Of a DNA stretch of 37,376 bases, positions 37,268 through 37,376 are shown piece by piece; within the stretch, counting starts at the first letter, position 1, and every line of letters begins with the position of its first letter. This stretch comes from a virus. Location: the IMG/VR virus record IMGVR_UViG_3300045988_112792; one strand, 5' to 3'. Under the pieces are notes generated by a model. The model made no database searches and had not been told where the DNA came from. It saw nothing but the letters and a program-made list of their open reading frames with translations. The position numbers were made by a program, and so were the translations under genes.

Positions 37268-37376
37268 GCAAAAATGCGTTTTTAGCTATTGACATTCGCG
37301 GCAAAAAGTAGTATAATATAGGCACGGACAAGATAAGCCGCGGGCGCGAAAAAGCGCCGGGCGTGGAGGGTAAGAA
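37258..37376. repeat. Second copy of the terminal direct repeat (equals 1-119; contains the duplicate image of promoter cassette A)
   Basis: Identical to 1-119 by direct comparison. Confidence 0.95.

Overview
The window is one complete, circularly closed genome of a temperate HK97-like siphovirus. It is a 37,257-bp unique unit, and bases 1-119 repeat exactly at 37258-37376. GC content is high (about 60% by eye). RBS and promoter style look Firmicutes/Clostridia-like. All product calls come from motif recognition only; no database search was possible.

Layout:
- Lysogeny side (+ strand): an XRE-type repressor (33805-34347), three insulated accessory expression units (34499-36677, 36830-37195, and 121-333 across the circular junction), a membrane-anchored DEDDh exonuclease (438-1643), a tyrosine integrase (2046-3200), and a tRNA/tmRNA 3'-end fragment that looks like the attP core (3320-3347).
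- Early operon (- strand, 33666 down to 26432): small HTH proteins, a Gp37/Gp68-like protein, an HUH rolling-circle Rep with an adjacent structured non-coding region, an orphan DNA methyltransferase, a VRR-NUC nuclease and an ArpU/RinA-like regulator.
- Late operon (- strand): HNH, TerS, three small membrane ORFs, TerL, portal, prohead protease, major capsid, connectors, major tail protein, chaperones with a -1 frameshift site, tape measure, distal tail proteins, tail fibre, endolysin/holin, and a post-lysis cluster.

Most interesting observations:
1. A roughly 110-bp terminator/perfect-consensus-promoter/leader-hairpin cassette occurs five times and drives all the accessory genes.
2. One cargo is a 302-aa acidic protein made of 42 uninterrupted LGxxCx hexapeptide repeats, with about 50 Cys.
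3. Another accessory gene is a TM-anchored (PE)13-linked DEDDh exonuclease with a HIRAN-like domain and an SSB-like acidic tail.
4. A perfect consensus promoter plus intrinsic terminator predicts a roughly 77-nt antisense sRNA inside the early operon.
5. The only recognisable replication function is an HUH Rep, next to a GC hairpin/G-quadruplex/AT-rich candidate origin.
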